From the IMG/VR virus record IMGVR_UViG_3300022719_000283, positions 188,067-252,066 of that record: a stretch of 64,000 nt of DNA; one strand, given 5' to 3'. This DNA comes from a virus (Duplodnaviria > Heunggongvirae > Uroviricota > Caudoviricetes). The notes under the pieces are model-generated. The model did no database searches. It was given only the letters and a program-made list of their open reading frames with translations, and had not been told where the DNA came from. Below are positions 61,841-64,000 of this stretch, in pieces. Position numbers and translations under genes: made by a program. Within the stretch, counting starts at the first letter, position 1. Each line of letters starts with the position of its first letter.

Positions 61841-63379
61841 TCAACGAGTCGGGGTGACTCCGAAGACCGACGAAACGTCGGGAGCGGACGCCCACAGTTT
61901 CGAGAGTTGGTCCATCTCATCGCCCGCGACCTTGGTCTGAGGAGCGACGTTGCCGAGACGCTGAGCGCCTTGGCTGGCGGCCTTCTGCTGAGGCTTGAGC
62001 TCGATGTTCTCGTCTCCAGCCTTCTTCTTGCCGCTCTCCTTCTCCTTGGGCGACTCTTCTTCACCCTCTTCCTTCGACTTCTCCTCGAGCTCTTCCATCT
62101 CCTCGAGAACGTCGCCGCCACCGATATCCTCGTCCTTGTCGGACTCGGCATCCTGGTCGTCAGCGCCAGTCTTGGGAAGATCGAGGTCCGCATAGAGCTT
62201 CATGAGCTCATCATCGGCGGAAGCCTCCTTCTCAACGAGGCTCAGAGGATCCTCCTCACCAGCAGTGAGTTGGATGTCGTTCTCCGCGGCTCCAGTGTCT
62301 TCGGCCTTCTTGCCATGAGGAGTGGGGTCGGCTTCCTTGTCCGAACCGTCACTCTGCGCGACGACGGGGGTAGGGGCGTATTCGTCGGGATTGACGTTGC
62401 CACCCTCGCCGCTTTGGATGGTAGGTCCCTTGGCGAGGTCCTCGGTGACGTCCTCGACTTCCGAAGCGCCCTTGGACATCTCCTCGTCCATCTCGTCGAG
62501 CATGGCCTTGAGCATGGCCTCTTCCTCGTCGTCCTCCTGGGCCATCTTGTCGCCTTCGGCCTCGTCGTACTCCTTGGTACCTTCCGACTCCTCACCGCGA
62601 TCGAACTCATCCTGCTCTTCGGATTGCTTGTCGCCGTAGCCGTAGTCGGGGGCATTTTGATCGACGCCATCGCCGTCCATGTCTTCGGCCATGAGGTACG
62701 CCATGAGCTCGTTGTCGCTCATGTCTTCCTCATCCCCCTCCCCGCCGAAAAAATGGGTCATAGCCTTGACCAGCTTGTTCATGCCGGACTCGAGCTTGTC
62801 GAGGCGGGCCGTGATCTCGTGGCTGGCCTTCTTGCCTCCCTCGATCTCGACTTCCTCTTCCTCTTCCTCTTCTTCTTCCTCGCCAGCGAGGACCTTGAGG
62901 GTGTTGGCGGTAGCGGAAAGCTGAGCGTCGTCGAGATCCATCAGCTCGAGGGCCTTGTTCTCGACAGCACCCGCATCAGCGCCGGGCATGAGGGCAGAAG
63001 CGATCCGCACGCAGAGGGTTGCGCGCTGTTCGGCCATCTCTTTGAGACTGGCCTGCTTCTTTCCACCACCGCCGCCTTGATCCATCGCCTCCTCGGGGCT
63101 CTCCGGGTCCTTTTGGAACTCGGAGGTAGCCGGGTGAGTGAGTTTGTCCGTCGTCAGGTTGCCGGGCATGGCCGGGGGAGGGGACTCCTCCGACATCGGC
63201 TTGTGGGGGTCCTCCGCCCAAGCGGAGGTGTCACCCTTCTCGTACTTGTCCTGATTGGGATCTTCGTAGTACGCCGGGTGGCTGGGCCCCTCGGTGCGAT
63301 CGACGGCCGGAACTTGAGGCGGCGGGGAAGCCGTCTTGTCCTGCTCGGCCTGCTTCCAAGTCTTGCGTTGACGTGCCAT
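61841..63379 (-). CDS. Very acidic scaffold-like protein (512 aa) with an E10 run
   Basis: Extremely D/E-rich with an EEEEEEEEEE tract. Sits upstream of the capsid module. Confidence 0.5.
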   Translation of the reverse strand: MARQRKTWKQAEQDKTASPPPQVPAVDRTEGPSHPAYYEDPNQDKYEKGDTSAWAEDPHKPMSEESPPPAMPGNLTTDKLTHPATSEFQKDPESPEEAMDQGGGGGKKQASLKEMAEQRATLCVRIASALMPGADAGAVENKALELMDLDDAQLSATANTLKVLAGEEEEEEEEEEVEIEGGKKASHEITARLDKLESGMNKLVKAMTHFFGGEGDEEDMSDNELMAYLMAEDMDGDGVDQNAPDYGYGDKQSEEQDEFDRGEESEGTKEYDEAEGDKMAQEDDEEEAMLKAMLDEMDEEMSKGASEVEDVTEDLAKGPTIQSGEGGNVNPDEYAPTPVVAQSDGSDKEADPTPHGKKAEDTGAAENDIQLTAGEEDPLSLVEKEASADDELMKLYADLDLPKTGADDQDAESDKDEDIGGGDVLEEMEELEEKSKEEGEEESPKEKESGKKKAGDENIELKPQQKAASQGAQRLGNVAPQTKVAGDEMDQLSKLWASAPDVSSVFGVTPTR

Positions 63380-63419
63380 TGTTGCAGTTCTCCTTCAGCT
63401 CTTGGTGTCTCGGGTTCGG

Positions 63420-63989
63420 CTAGAACCGGGTCTTCTTTCGAAGTGAAAGGATCCGCCCAAGACGAACCAAGGTCTTGGCTTCTCCCACTGTTGGTTTACG
63501 GGTCAGCACCTCAGCACAACGCTGTAGGTACCCCTCGAGAGACTCATGCCCATCGGTAGACCCGACCCGAAGAGCAGTTCTGTAGAGATCTCTCGAAACT
63601 TTCAGCCCGAAGCTCGCCTTGAGACGAGCAAGCCCATCGAGAAGCTCGATGTCGGAACGGGCAATCCGAAGCAGGGCTTCGGTGCCGGCGACGAGCTGCG
63701 CCGCCTGCTTGTTGAGGTTTTCGTTCTTGGACGTAGCGAGCTCCGGATCGGTCGCCGCATCCTCGCTGATCTCATCCGTCAGCTTGTCCTTGATCTTTTT
63801 CCGAATCTTGTCGAGGACGTACTTCTCGATATCGCCCTCGAGCTCCTCCATCGGATCCTTCTCTTCGCCGCCGGGGGCACCCGGCATGCCGCCTCCTGGA
63901 GGAGCCATAGGATCGGGAGCCCCGCCAGGGGCTGGTGCCATGGGGTCCGGAGCTCCCCCACCGGCGTCATCGCCAGGTGGAGGGGCCAT
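63420..63989 (-). CDS. Hypothetical protein with N-terminal GGAPDPMAP repeats (189 aa or longer)
   Basis: The ORF reaches within 11 nt of the window edge, so the N-terminus may extend beyond it. Repeats GGAPDPMAP and GGAPDPMAPPGGGMPGAPGG. Confidence 0.45.
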   Translation of the reverse strand: MAPPPGDDAGGGAPDPMAPAPGGAPDPMAPPGGGMPGAPGGEEKDPMEELEGDIEKYVLDKIRKKIKDKLTDEISEDAATDPELATSKNENLNKQAAQLVAGTEALLRIARSDIELLDGLARLKASFGLKVSRDLYRTALRVGSTDGHESLEGYLQRCAEVLTRKPTVGEAKTLVRLGRILSLRKKTRF

Positions 63990-64000
63990 AGGATCAGGGA

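Noticed and set aside
61907-63559. 550-aa plus-strand ORF
   Set aside because: Antisense to the acidic scaffold-like gene. The poly-Leu/Gly/Arg translation mirrors the poly-Glu/Asp coding strand.
1-64000. Tyrosine or serine phage integrase that would pair with the tRNA-like fragment
   Set aside because: No ORF with an integrase R..HxxR..Y pattern or a large serine recombinase was recognised. The only recombinase is the IS607 TnpA.

Overview
This is a 64-kb, high-GC window that reads like part of a large dsDNA phage or prophage genome of a high-GC bacterial host. All product calls come from motifs read in the translated ORFs; no database search was run.

General layout
- Almost every credible gene is on the minus strand and tightly packed.
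- Many of the long plus-strand ORFs are GC-driven antisense artefacts.
- A Gly/Thr-rich fibre-like gene at 1-1778 is cut by the window edge.

Structural genes
- Right end: a very acidic scaffold-like protein, a decoration-like protein and an HK97-fold major-capsid-like protein at 60096-60974.
- Left side: three tandem paralogous genes at 6144-8537.

Mobile and selfish elements
- At least six homing-endonuclease-type genes: three tandem LAGLIDADG genes, a double GIY-YIG protein, a T5orf172 protein, and an 809-aa protein with about 16 NUMOD3-like repeats and a Vsr-like nuclease domain.
- An IS607-like insertion (TnpA, an 83-aa ORF, then TnpB with its omega-RNA region) at about 39.0-41.8 kb.

Enzymes and accessory genes
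- An RNA-repair-like cluster holds RtcB and Tpt1/KptA flanked by a sulfotransferase, ClpS, a methyltransferase-like gene, DUF488 and RNase HII.
- Elsewhere: peptide deformylase, a NADAR domain, a tyrosine phosphatase, an SPFH lipoprotein, and a PAPS-reductase plus ParB-like pair (IbrA/IbrB-like).
- A plus-strand island at 35.5-37.9 kb encodes a response regulator, a PAS histidine kinase and a second response regulator.

Unusual features
- Two giant proline-rich paralogous proteins carry five copies of a DLDLFAPPP motif, and one carries a 15-bp tandem DNA repeat.
- A diverged partial copy of the capsid gene's C-terminal region is fused to a zinc ribbon at 53636-54076.
- A DnaJ-type zinc-finger protein at 30825-31121 carries a 38-aa mimic of the capsid N-terminus.
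- A conserved roughly 47-nt element recurs directly upstream of several small Cys-rich genes between 46.9 and 54.8 kb.
- A tRNA-like T-arm/acceptor fragment sits at about 51.83 kb; no integrase was seen.
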